NCBI GenBank assembly: GCA_964016885.1
Contig: OZ024740.1
Location: 270,754,001-270,818,000 of the forward strand
Source of the DNA: Eledone cirrhosa
Taxonomy: Eukaryota
Reading direction: 5' to 3'
Length of the DNA stretch: 64,000 bases
The notes below the pieces were generated by a model that saw only the letters and a list, made by a program, of their open reading frames with translations, made no database searches and had not been told where the DNA came from. The position numbers and the translations under genes were made by a program. This document shows positions 12,566 through 25,289 of this stretch, piece after piece; the stretch's first letter is position 1, and each line of letters begins with the position of its first letter.

Positions 12566-12655
12566 TCCTCTTGATAAGTCGGCAGACCTCGCAAGGACTC
12601 TATGTCTTTATGATATATTGTTTTTGTTTATGCCACGAAACTACGTAGTCGAGGA
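12566..12655 (+). ncRNA. Type I hammerhead ribozyme, U3-A8 core variant
   Basis: TCCTC-TTGATAA-GTCGGCA...TGCCAC-GAAACTACGTAGTC-GAGGA. Confidence 0.8.
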
Positions 12656-13160
12656 ATTTAGGAGCAGTTTAGGTATGATACATTTTATTACTAATTATAT
12701 CTAAATGTTTCTTCTCTCTTCATAATGTATTTTTAACTCTGATACTGGTTCAGTCTAGTTCAACTGAATTGGTCTGTCCCAGTCATTCATTGAGCAACAT
12801 CGGTGAAGTTGGCACCCTTAACTCACAGTTGGGTGCGGATGCATTCATGTATATATGTGTGTGTCCGCATGTATCTGTGTGTTTCTAATTATATTGTTAA
12901 TAACTCCCTCTGGTCGAGCAATCTTTGAAGTGTGGGGACAGCTGGAAGGCTTCCATTACTCATACTTCTCGCCTTCTTCACCACCTCTTCTGCGGCCTCG
13001 ATATAAATACCCCCTCCGCCTCCGTGGTATTTTCTTCGGGGTTATAAGAGGCTTAGCTCTGTTTCTCGACCGTTATATCGCGTGACTATCTCCCCCTCCG
13101 CCTTTTGGGATTCTTTCTCACGTCGTGTAGACGCGTTCTTGAGACTAGTAAAATGAGGTA

Positions 13161-13250
13161 TCCTCTTGATAAGTCGGCAGACCTCGCAAGGACTCTATGT
13201 CTTTATGATATATTGTTTTTGTTTATGCCACGAAACTACGTAGTCGAGGA
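13161..13250 (+). ncRNA. Type I hammerhead ribozyme, U3-A8 core variant (copy 2)
   Basis: Identical to 12566-12655. Confidence 0.8.
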
Positions 13251-13319
13251 ATTTAGGAGCAGTTTAGGTATGATACATTTTATTACTAATTATATCTAAA
13301 TGTTTCTTCTCTCTTCATA

Positions 13320-13351
<32 letters not shown>

Positions 13352-14354
13352 CTAGGGAGTGTAACGTACAGTTATTGTAGGTTCACCCTAGTGAGCACTC
13401 GATGCGTAATCCCCCGTCTGTAACGAGGTGTAGAATTAAACAGTGTAAATATAATAATAAAATGACGATTTGTTATGTCTTCAATACGTCTATTGAGTAG
13501 TGACGCGCGTTTCGCTACTGCTCAGCTCAAGGTTCGATCTGGCCCGACTCTGGAATAAAAAAAATGTATATATATATATTATGAGGGCTGTCGTTGTATT
13601 TTACGTGGTAAATATTTGCACGGAAGATGTGTCGTCAATTCCAAAATTTGTGGTTGGTCCTACACAAGCCTTCACCACTTAAAACAAAACTTTGTGTGGG
13701 TAGTTCAACATCAGTTCACCTTCTCATATTCCCGCCGGTCTTTTGCAGGATTGAAATGTCACATGAGACACCGCCATCCAGAGAGCTGAATTTTTGTTGG
13801 ACACTCATACGTCGGATTTAACGGGAGGGTCCATCATATATATATATATTCGGTTTGTGTAAAGGATTTAAACCCTTTGTTCAAATTTTGAATTTGACCG
13901 CCAAAACTGGAGGGTTACCTCCCTTCGGAGAAACCACGTGACTACTAGCAGTGTTTACTACTAGTTCTTGCAACAGGCGGCGGCAGAACGAAAACTTGTT
14001 GACGAAGTAAATTCCACTGTTCTATCTTCCAAAGACCAATTAACTTGCAGGCCCCTGCAAATGGATTTTGTTGATTTCAGATTTACAGAAGTCTAGTGGA
14101 GATGTTATATAATATTATGTAACATGTCCCCGATGGTCCAGGTAATTGTCAAACATTTCCCTGAGTCGGTTTTTTTCGTTGTTCTGGTCCTAGCGGCTCG
14201 CATTTCGGACGCTGTCTTCAATTTGCATAGCTGTCTAAACGTAATGTTATAACTTTAAGGTGAAATTCCTTATTGAGTGCTTTTGGCTGCACTTCCCGAC
14301 AGCATTCGTTAGCTTGCCCGCAACCAGAGCTTCGATTATGCTGTACTACATTCT

Positions 14355-14390
<36 letters not shown>

Positions 14391-15645
14391 TCATTTAAGA
14401 AAAGTATACTAAACATTTTCTTATCACTGATGGCCATAGCTAAGCTGTCTCATTTCCACCCCTCTCTCTCTTGCTAGCTCTCTAGCTATCTATTTTATTC
14501 ACCTTGTGATTATCGTTTTGTTTTAACTCCGGTAGATTTTACTTCTTCCCAGTTTAAAAACACGTACTTATCTATATTTTTTAGTTTATGGCTGACCGTT
14601 AGCTTTGCTAACATTTAACTTCACCAATTATATTATTCTACTGGCACCAATATTTTTCGACACATTATCCAATTCATTTAGTAAAACTTGAAAATATATA
14701 TGTACATTATCTACAAAGTTTTTTGCAACATAAATTGTCTAATCAATTTCTACATGTATAATTTTACAAATACATTTGTATATATCTTGTTTTGATTGAT
14801 GTTGTAAATTAAGAACTGGTGCATTTACAATGTTGGAATATTTTCGTATTTACTGTGTAAATATAATTAGTAAATTCTGTCAATAAGATATTCTGGAGTC
14901 CAGAAATAGCCATTGAAACGGCTTGAGCTCTGCCGTAATGTAACTCACCCGTCTTCGTTTGTGTAGTTGGTGGTGCGAGTACGGAGTTAATTATTATAAA
15001 ATAACAGGAGGCTGGACTGGTGTAATTCCTTAAAAGGTTTATTATCCTATGATCATTTCAATGACCGGGTTCAGTATGAATATATATATATATATGGATA
15101 TTCCTAACTTCTATTTCTAATTATTCATTTTTTATACATACCTGCAACAACACAGCTCGCCATTTTTTTTTATTCATATATGCTTTCCCCTTTGCTGTGA
15201 CCTGTCTTTTTTCACTTCCCTTGCAGCTATCCTCTTTCTCTCTCCCCCTCCCTCTTACTTTCACTCACCTCCTCTGCTAGTCACCCTCTCTCGGCTAGCC
15301 TCTTCCTCGCACTTTCACACACTCACTCTCTGCTACTCACCCTCTCTCTCACTTCCTCCATCGTCCCACACCGTACGCGATCTTTCTTCTCGCTCACATC
15401 CGTACGGTTAAGATGTGTCTTTGTTCTCCTCGTCAATATTCGCCTGTTCTTATGTTCGAAATGAATTATTGGGTTAATTTTTTTCATTTTTTCCTCTTTA
15501 CGTTGCCTCACCATTCCTGTCTGTTTACTTGTATTTCTCTTTCTCCACCCAACTCTTTTTATCCCAATAACATATTTTAGTTGTTGTATCGCCCTAGGCG
15601 GTGGTATATTGTCTGTAATGCGAAGAAATACCTAGGATGCCTAGT

Positions 15646-15739
15646 AGACAACTGATGATGGATATTCCTAACTTCTATTTCTAATTCTTCATTTTATATA
15701 TACGTATATATATATGAATTAGCGTCCGAAACGTTGTCT
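15646..15739 (+). ncRNA. Degenerate hammerhead-like motif
   Basis: AGACAA-CTGATGA-TGGAT...GTCC-GAAACG-TTGTCT; stem III too short; a direct repeat of its stem II start lies at ~15095. Confidence 0.45.
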
Positions 15740-15813
15740 CTTTTCCTACTATTTAACGCGTAAAACGAATATATTTCTTCATTGTACTTAGTGTTTACTT
15801 TCATGCACATAGT

Positions 15814-15884
<71 letters not shown>

Positions 15885-16414
15885 CGAAAACTGAATTTAA
15901 TGTTGCCATTCCCTTTCGTTATCTTGGATGTGACATCGCAGACAATACAATTAACCTGGGTAGCAGCACACATACTTTATAGTAATCAAAATTGTTCAGT
16001 CAGCTAATTAAATTGCCATCTTTCAAAGCTTTCATGAATCTATTAGAATACTATGAAAGTGAAAGAGCATTTAATAGATAAATGACAAAGCATTCATAAT
16101 GGCATGGAAAAAGAACCGCTTAATGTAATACTGTCATAATTAAGATAACTTTATTAATGTGAAATATTTGTATTGTTTAAATAGGCATAATTATCATTGC
16201 TCAAGCAATATATTTCTTAAACTCTCGTGGGTAAAATTCTTGGTGCTATCATACCACATTTAGATGAGATCTTGTTTAATAATTGTTTCTACTTTTGGCA
16301 CAAGACCAGCAATTACCGCAGTGCAGTGGCGGACTGGGTCTAAAAATATTGGTTGCCAGGAGATAAAGTGGGCCCACCCATATATATAATGCTATCGTTT
16401 ATCTTTTATAATGA

Positions 16415-17052
16415 ACTAGCAGCAGTACCCAGCATTGCCTGGGTAGGTAAAATGATATCTGCTTTGATGAAAAGGTGTTGATCTTAGCGACTGCTTCTCG
16501 ATGACACCTATGGCCACACACAGGCCATGCGGAGTGGGTAATGATGACCTCTATCACTGAGAAACGCGGGTGACTGACGAAGGGGCATGCTGGGGAGGGA
16601 GTTTCGAATTTGAACGAAATCGGTTGAAAAATATGGGAGCTAGAGCCGAAAAGGCGGAAATTTGAGTCTAAAAGTGGTATTTTTGAATATTTATGCAGCT
16701 GCCACGCCGTGCCTGAACAACAAATTCAAAATATAAAGCCATTACATGATGTGCAATGATAAATTCTATTTTGCTTTAAAATTTGAATGAAATCGGTGGC
16801 AAAATGTGGGAGCTAGAGCCAAAAATCTTATTTTTCGGTACCTAAAAAAAGTGACCCCCCATCGATTTTTATCTGCAGAGTGACCCCGGAATAAAAACAA
16901 AACGATACGCTGATATATAGAAAACACTCCCCCATGACTAATCTATAACCTGTAAAGTTTCATGAAAATCGGTCGTAAGATGTAGGCCCCTATAGGTAAT
17001 ACACAAACACACACACACACACACACACACTTAATTTTATATATACACAGAT
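16415..17052. mobile_element. DINE-1/HINE-like (non-autonomous Helentron) element
   Basis: Starts ACTAG...ACCCAGCATTGCCTGGGT (hairpin); internal repeated TTTGAA.GAAATCGGT blocks; ends (CA)n-TTTTATATATACACAGAT; A-rich flanks. Confidence 0.55.
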
Positions 17053-17444
17053 AAATAACATTTTCAAAAAATACATAAGTGAAAACAAAACAGTGCAATC
17101 AAATTTTTGCGGAAAAAATATGTAATTTTTACTAATTATCGTGTATATATACTGTACACATTACTGGCAGTATACAGTAATACTAAATGTTAATACAGAA
17201 TGTTACAATTGAAATTTTAAATAATTGTGAATGTATAGTATACTGTATAGTATACTATATAGTATACTGTCTTACCCTATCCAATAAAAAGTACACACAT
17301 CCAGAGACTTTCAATAATAAACTTTGGTCTTTCACACTCACTCAATATATATATCTGGGAGTGTGTGTATGTGTGTACATGTACATGTACATGGGTATAT
17401 ATAGATTTATATATATGTATACATACATGCTTTCAACATGTACA

Positions 17445-17633
17445 AACGTGGATTGGCAGTATCGGTAGAGGGTCGGACGCCATCCTTTACAGCAAAGAGT
17501 TACGGCCCTTTATGATCTGAGTTCAAATTCCACCGAGGTTAACTTTGCCTTTCATCCTTACAGGGTTGATAAAATAAAATACCAGTAATACACTGTAACA
17601 TTGCTGGCCTTGTGCCAAACGTAGAAACAATTA
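17445..17633 (+). mobile_element. tRNA-derived SINE
   Basis: A box TGGCAGTATCGG, B box GTTCAAATTCC, core GTTAACTTTGCCTTTCATCC, tail GCTGGCCTTGTGCCAA. Confidence 0.8.
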
Positions 17634-17973
17634 TTTGACTAATTCTCCCTAGGGACTTTAGACTGAAGAACTGGCCACTAATTGATTTTATATGTGTCTT
17701 TAAACCAATGATATTAAAAATTATTTGGCCAGCAGCTCATGGCAGCTCGTGTACATGTGTATAACCTGTTAGTTCTTTCGTTACTTTGGTATTGTATGGT
17801 TGGGTTTTGCCTACCGCAATGTTCAATTTGTCAAGCTATTTAAACGTATGTTATTACTCTACGGACCTAACCTTATTGAGTGCTTTGCTAACTCATTCCG
17901 ATTGTAGGTCGACTTTGCTTGGCCACAGCCAAAGCTTCGATTTTACTAAGCTTCCACTTATATATAGTATATA

Positions 17974-18011
<38 letters not shown>

Positions 18012-18443
18012 CTAGCATTGATATGCATCTGTATGTATATAAATGTTACTAGATATAAATTCTTTATAATTATCTCCAATAGTAGGTAGGCCGCTGTCTT
18101 ATTAACAACTCGCTTTCCACTGATTGACCTCGATGTCACGTGATTGATTCTTTTTGAATTTTCCACGGACGTAGAGACAGTGATTTTCTCAATGGCTAGG
18201 ATTTCAGTCCACGCTTCGCTATTTCCTCTCCACTGAATTATTTTTTTTAATAAGTTTCCAGAGTCCTCGCTATGCCTGGAAACTTACATGAAAAGAGACG
18301 TTCCTGACGACGGAATGCTTTTCCATATGTTCTTCGGAAAATATATTTACTCAATTCCAGAAACTAATTAGTTGGAAGTGATATTTTAGTAAGTAAGTCA
18401 ATTTTATAATTTTTTTATAATTTTATAATTTTCTTATCTTAAG

Positions 18444-18497
<54 letters not shown>

Positions 18498-18549
18498 TAA
18501 TAAAAATAATGAATAAAAACAAAGAAACAGTTCCTTATATTAAAAAATT

Positions 18550-18685
18550 CATCATTTTACGATCGGTTCTAGGATATATATGTGTGTGTTGGTATGTATA
18601 TCATATAGATATATGTAAAATTTTTACAAACTATCAGAGGGAATATACATAACTACACATATATATGCTGTCTTCAGAAATAATG
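18550..18685 (-). ncRNA. Hammerhead with long stem II and one core mutation
   Basis: CATTATTT-CTGAAGA-[long ATATATATGTGT..ACACATATATAT hairpin]-GAACCGATCGTA-AAATGATG; A15.1 changed to C. Confidence 0.6.
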
Positions 18686-18744
18686 ATATTTGTTTATCGA
18701 AAAAAAAACAACAAAGATTTAATATAATAGGTCTGTTTGTGAAC

Positions 18745-18900
18745 AGGTTTTATCCATTGTATTACTGGTACTTTATTTTATCGACCCCGTAAGAATGAAA
18801 GGCAAAGTTAACCTCGGCGAGATTTGAACTCAGACCATAAAGGGCCATAATTCTTTTCTGTAAAGCATGGTGTCAGACCCTCTACCGATACTGTGCCAAA
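18745..18900 (-). mobile_element. tRNA-derived SINE
   Basis: Same family core as 17445-17633. Confidence 0.75.
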
Positions 18901-20907
18901 ATAATGATGAACTGTATGAAGTTTCTTGCGAACCACTTCGGTCAGCAGCATCAGCGATTGGGAAATGGAGAATGATGCTGTTATGACTAACAATAATAAA
19001 GCTAAATATTCCCGATGTTTATGCTTTTTGTAGGAGAATTGACTTTATTTAGATTGTAGGGGTTCATACACATCAATTACAATATTGTGATATTGAGTAT
19101 AGTATTTGTTAGATATCAACATGATCTATACCGAACTAGACTTAATCCATCACCCTGTTTAATACCTTCACCTGGCTCTTGAGTATATTCCGTAGGTCAT
19201 AACACGTCTATGTATTTCAGCCAGCCTCCGATGTGAGGATAAGCTCTGTTTCTTGCAACAGTACCCTGTGGGGACCATGCTATGCCATTCCACTTTACGT
19301 CTTGCCTACTGCTCCGCTCTGTGTGGGTATTCCTAATTGAACTTATATGGTAATTATCCTTCTCTCTCTCTTCTATTGTCTTTCATCGGACGAACGGACC
19401 GACACACATCAAGTATTATATATTAGAGATACAAGATCAATATTACTTACAGCGATGAACTATACAAGTTTTGGTTCACTGATGTAACTGTTCTATTGCT
19501 TTATGGCTAATTAGTCTACAGTATGAGTGAGATAATAGCTCTGAGAGGTTTGTATTATACACATTTTCATATTTGACTTTCTTCAGTCGAGTATCGACTG
19601 AAAAGTTAAAAAACGGAAAACTTCATAGGCTGACCAAGATACTCTCATGGAATGATCAAATGAGGTTGATTGTTCAACATAATGCTTGAAAGGCAACAAT
19701 GCAATTATTAAGAGTTGAATTTAATGCATTCAAGATTTCACAGCTCTAGTTTCACTCCTTCATAGTCATCTTTTCAACTAATTCTCGTATTTTAAAGATC
19801 TAACAATGTTTATCATTGCTTACACGAACACAAGAATAATTGTTGTCGCGAACCTAGAATGTTAACATCTAAGAACATTGACTACTGAATGTATAAGACA
19901 GAATTGAAAATGTTAATGTAATTAGTCAGTCTTTTCAAATTACTAGTTTGGTTACGTACTTCATCTTTGACTATTCAAAATAATAATTCTCTCCATACAA
20001 AAAGCGATGACAGCATGGTGCAAATAACTGCAAGGAATGTTATATATTCTATATGTGTGAATCGAATGTGAGGTATATTGATATTGTATGTAACTTCCTA
20101 CTAGACATTGAATAACATGGCCCACTGGCTGACGGATGAGTTTTAAATAAGCTGAGATTGGATGAGACCTGATGCTATCTTGGAATTAAATATTTCAACA
20201 GCTATTTGCTCGCAGCAATACTTTATGTGCATAGATATGTGACAACGGAAGAATACAAAACATTGCTGATAAGTAGTAGCCAGAGAAATATTTTTACGAT
20301 AGATATTCAGTATAATTGGTGAAAGCTGATCTCAATGAGATAATACGTGTATAGAAATCCTGCAAAGACAGAGCAACACTAACAAAAAAGAATATCGGAA
20401 ATTCTTCAATAATATTTGCTAATGTGGAAAGAAAAAAATATACACGGTAATATTGATGAGAAAAGAGTGGAAGAACAACTTTAGTAAATTATTTAGGAAA
20501 AAGTGTGTAGGTCTGTGCATGTATGTAGGGGTGCAGACTGAAAGTAATGTGAATTGTTAAACCTTTTAATGAAAGGTGACCCTGACACAGACAGAGAGAC
20601 AGACAGACAGACAGGCAAGCATACAGACCGATAGAGAGGCAGACAGACAGACAGACAGGGATAGACAGACAGAGACAGACAGACAGCTACCTAGCTAGCT
20701 TTGTCAAGGTCATAGTAGTGTGGCAAATAATTTTGAAAATCTGTTGCCAATGAAGAAGTAAACTCAGAACAAAAACAATAGACTATAATCAATGCTTGTC
20801 TCTTTTAGTTGACAATGTCTCTCTCCAAAGCACAATATTTATTACAAGTGGTAATACAAAAATCTCAGGAAACAAATACACAATCGAAATTTTATGTATT
20901 TATCTAT

Positions 20908-21100
20908 ATAATTGTTTCTACTTTTGGCACAAGTCCAGCAATTGTCCCAGTGTATTACTGGTACTTTATTTTATCGACCCCGTAAGGATGAAAGGCAAAG
21001 TAAACCTCAGCGGGAGTTGAACTCAGAATGGCAAGGGCCGTAACTCTATGCGTCAAAGCATGGCGTTCGACCCTCTACCGATACTGCCAAGTCACCACCA
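20908..21100 (-). mobile_element. tRNA-derived SINE
   Basis: Same family, nearly full length. Confidence 0.8.
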
Positions 21101-22033
21101 TATATAATATTGACCTTACAGACATGATATTCGTGTAACAAGTAGTGCTCCAAGGAATAAACATGTTCTAGATCTTTACTTTGATGTCAATTATTGGTGT
21201 CACCTTTGATGTAAAGCTGACAACAATAATTTTGTGGGACAATAACGTAGTAGAACTAACAATGTATGCTTCATGGGAAACTGTGGATATGACGCCTACA
21301 GGAAGTGCTTGAGTTCTATCCAGCCTGCATTTTTACAAAGCTAACTGGAAAGGGATGCAAAAAGTGGACTTTTCGTCTCTCAGTGTGAGACATTTATATG
21401 AGACGTAAGCATTTTATGACCGTAATGGAAGCTATATCCATAAGATTTGCTCCAGATAGAAAAGGCCAACAGTCACAAAATTATTGTTCCCAGAATATCA
21501 ACAGTCTTATGAGGAACAAAGATCCCAAATCGCTTAAATACACGACTAAAAGACAGTGAACAATAGCGTTTGAGGTGAGCACTGCTTAAAATTGAAAATG
21601 CACTCAATACACTAATGATAAGGAGAGGAGAGAAAGAGAATCCAGGGTTATAAAAACTTTCAAATTAATCCTTAAAGCCTTCCTTGCAATTGCAAAAGAC
21701 TCTGCTTCAATACACCATGACATATGACCTGGTTCTAAGAAGAGAGCTCACAGACTGAAGACTCCCAATGGATAAATGAAATACTGAATAACATCGTCAG
21801 TGAGACATACGCAAATAAACCAGGCAGATTATTTGATATCACAACTCTACGTAGAAAAATGGTCACCATCAATTATATTGGCATAAGGAGGAAGATGGTA
21901 ATTTACCTCAGTTAACAGTTTTATCAGCATAAGTGTTATCTGCACTTCCGCAAATCTCCCGTTGCATAATACGAATTATTAATGTCATGGGAAAACAATG
22001 CCACATGGGGGCACTGCAATGTCATTGTCATTT

Positions 22034-22088
<55 letters not shown>

Positions 22089-22214
22089 GTGTGTGTGTGC
22101 ATATATATATGTATGTATGTATGGATGGATGGATGGAAGCAGAAATAACAACACAATCGGTACAGTATATGGTAGGAATATATTAGGTTAACGCTTGAAA
22201 TAGCTAGAAGAAGG

Positions 22215-22251
22215 TCTTAACGTTTCGGACGCTAGTCCTTCATCAGAAGAA
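22215..22251 (-). ncRNA. Minimal type I hammerhead ribozyme
   Basis: TCTT-CTGATGA-AGGAC TAGC GTCC-GAAACGT-T-AAGA; same family as 54384-54421. Confidence 0.75.
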
Positions 22252-22449
22252 AGAATGAGAAATTAAAAATATTGAAGGGACGGGCGGGGTGGAATTGGAG
22301 GGCATGGTGAAGGTACTAAGGTTGGAGAGAAAAATAGACGGGTGAGAAGGTGGGAGTAAGAAGATTACAGTAGAGGAAAAGTGATAGAGAGTCGTGATAT
22401 ATTTAAATAATGCAGGAAACAAAGAAAATATCAGTGATACGAAATGATT

Positions 22450-22524
<75 letters not shown>

Positions 22525-22558
22525 TAGATGGAAAATATTTTTATAATACCCTATTTAT

Positions 22559-22612
22559 TTTATTATACGTATTTCAAGTACACAAAATTTTAGTGTGCTT
22601 TCATCAGATAGT
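22559..22612 (-). ncRNA. Type I hammerhead ribozyme
   Basis: TAT-CTGATGA-AAGCACAC..GTGTACTT-GAAATACGTATA-ATA; stem I short. Confidence 0.7.
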
Positions 22613-22654
22613 ATATAATATTTGAAATTGCTGATAATGAGGTTCTAAACTAAA

Positions 22655-23088
22655 GATAACCAAAGATGTGGGTTCGACTCCCATGTACGTCAATACTCAT
22701 CTTTTTCCATTTATCTGAGGGTTCTAAACCCCATTATCAGGCTAAAATTCCTTTAGTCAAAAATACGGTGAAAGCTATTCTATTTTCTAATTTCAAACCT
22801 GCTCACTGTTTCAAAACATACTTACTTGCCATTTAAACTCGCTAAGAATGTAGCTTCTAATTTAAATGGAAAGAGACGGGTGATGTGTTGGTGTAATGGT
22901 AGCACAGTGGTCGCGATAACCAAAGATGTGGGTTCGACTCCCATGTACGTCAATACTCATCTTTTTCCATTTATCTGAGGGTTCTAAACCCCATTATCAG
23001 GCTAAAATTCCTTTAGTCAAAAATACGGTGAAAGCTATTCTATTTTCGAATTTCAAACCTTCTCACTGTTTCAAAACATACTTACTTG
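22655..23088 (+). repeat. 260-bp tandem duplication containing a tRNA-like head
   Basis: 22655-22828 repeated at 22915-23088. Confidence 0.85.
22882..22952 (+). pseudogene. tRNA-like cloverleaf (SINE head or tRNA pseudogene)
   Basis: A box TGGTGTAATGG, B box GGTTCGACTCC, acceptor GATGTGT/GTACGTC; anticodon loop CGCGATA is non-canonical. Confidence 0.6.
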
Positions 23089-23119
23089 ATATATATGTAT
23101 ATATATGTATATATATGTG

Positions 23120-23154
<35 letters not shown>

Positions 23155-23197
23155 GTATATATATATATGCATATATATACATATGTATATTTATATG

Positions 23198-23262
<65 letters not shown>

Positions 23263-23267
23263 ATATA

Positions 23268-24263
23268 TGAGAACATCAAAATTGCTCCTGTAGAATCAAA
23301 AGTGAATGCTCATTGCAATGTAAATGCAACACCAAAGCCATTGTATATGCGGCTAAAGTGACAGCCATCAGCAACAACCAACCAGCCACCAGTGAACGAT
23401 ATGTGGGTATGACGCAAGACAAATTCAAAACGCGTTATTACTCACATGTCGCATCCTTTCGACACCCAGAAAAAAGATTCACAACAGCTCTGGCTAGCAG
23501 AATATGGTATTTGAAAGACCAAGGTATCCAATATAAATTGGATTGGTCAATTTTGAACCAATCTAAAGAATATGCAAGAGGAAAAAGAAAATGCACGCTC
23601 TGCATAAATGAAAAATATTGGATTTTGCAAAACCTTAAATCACCAAAGACCTACCTAAACACAAAGACAGAAATGTTCACCAGTTGCCCACACATGAAAT
23701 CACACCTACTTTCCAGCTCATATAAACTTAACACACTTTCAGATACTTATCCTCCATAAGCTCATATTCTTCACTTAAATCATTCTCTTTAAGACTACCT
23801 TTTCTGGTTTACTTTCATTTTTAACCTTATTATTAATTATATTTTTATTTTTATTTTTATTTCACATCCACCACTACCCCCCCTTTATTCTCCGATTCAC
23901 TTACCTAATATCTTCAGTTTCCACTTTTTACTTCCCTATTTTCTTCCCTACCTGATTACTCAAATCACTTGCGTTTTCCACTCCAGATATTTTCTGTTAT
24001 TTCGCAGCCAAATTTATATTTTTATATTTGTACTCACTTATTCACAAGGCTGTTTTTTACACCCTGTATCTATGTGTCTGAGCGTCTTTATGTGTGTATA
24101 CTTTCTGTATATGTACACGAACGCCTACGTATGTGCGCGCGCGTGCGTGTATATATATATGTGTATGTATGTGTGTTTTTATATCTGAGTTTTTACATCT
24201 ATGTTTTTTTACATTCTTATTTTTATGTGTGTGCATGTAAGCGGGTCAACGTGCGTGAGTGTA

Positions 24264-24304
<41 letters not shown>

Positions 24305-25155
24305 ACTGCATGTATGGATGTGTATGTGTGCGTTTGTATATATATATATATATTTATGTGTGTGTATATGTGTGTGTGTATGTAGTCGCATACGTACGCG
24401 TGATTAGATATAGATGGGGCGATGTGTATGTATATATATATGTGCATCCTGTGTGTGTATGTACGCTTGCATACGCTTTTGTCTGCACGTATTGCGTGTA
24501 TATATATATTTTTTATAGATATATGTTTCTTATAGATATATGTGTATGTACGCGTGTACCTTGTTTGTTTCCTTTTCTTTACTTTGCAATTTTTTCTTTC
24601 TAAATTATTGTTCCATTTTTATAAATATATCGAGAATGACACTTTCTTTTTACTATTACACTCCCTTACCCCTTTTTCTTCCGCATATAAGTGTACGCGC
24701 GTGTGTGTGTGTTTATACGCGTGCCTTCATATTCTTATAATGTATCTAATACCCTGTTTTTCTGTATACCTGTCAACCGGACACTCATGTTATGTCTGTG
24801 TCTGTGGTTACCTATACACAGATATACTTGCCCTCATCTATATATTTACGCACACATTTTCACTATACACGCACATTTGTACGTACATACATATGTACAT
24901 CTGTGAGTGTATATACATACAAATACACACACCTAACTATATTTCCTTAAACATTTTTTTATTTATTTATATGTATATTGTATTATTTATATATATATAA
25001 TTTTTTTTTGCATTTCTTGAGGAGACTTTCCAAATATTTCACTATGTTTTATATTACCTCGTCCGACGAACGAATGAAGACGTTTCTTTCGTATTCGTCT
25101 TATTCGGGAAACCTCTGGTAATGAGGTAATTATATTGTATTGTTTTTTATACATT
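23268..25155 (+). mobile_element. 5'-truncated PLE: GIY-YIG domain (ORF 23313-23759) + long 3' UTR + HHR
   Basis: [54 protein letters not shown]; TA-flanked. Confidence 0.85.
25053..25130 (+). ncRNA. Type I hammerhead ribozyme (CCGACGA core)
   Basis: 10-bp stem I ATTACCTCGT/ATGAGGTAAT, stem II CGAATGAAGACG/CGTCTTATTCG, GAAACC TCT GGTA. Confidence 0.8.
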
Positions 25156-25192
25156 ATATATATATACATATATATATATACATATATATACA

Positions 25193-25289
<97 letters not shown>

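Larger units (their letters stand above)
12258..13325 (+). mobile_element. Retrozyme-like tandem element, ~1.8 units of 595 bp, between TA tracts
   Basis: 12258-12730 equals 12853-13325 (identical ORF-track peptides at +595); one HHR per unit; no coding homology. Confidence 0.8.

Noticed and set aside
13495-13530. Half-hammerheads GAAACGCGCGTC (minus); similar at ~30113-30130 (minus), ~14915-14940 (plus) and ~1420-1470 (minus)
   Set aside because: No matching CUGANGA core with stem I could be placed
22882-22952. Functional tRNA gene
   Set aside because: Anticodon loop lacks U33 and purine 37, the acceptor stem is weak, and it lies in a repeat
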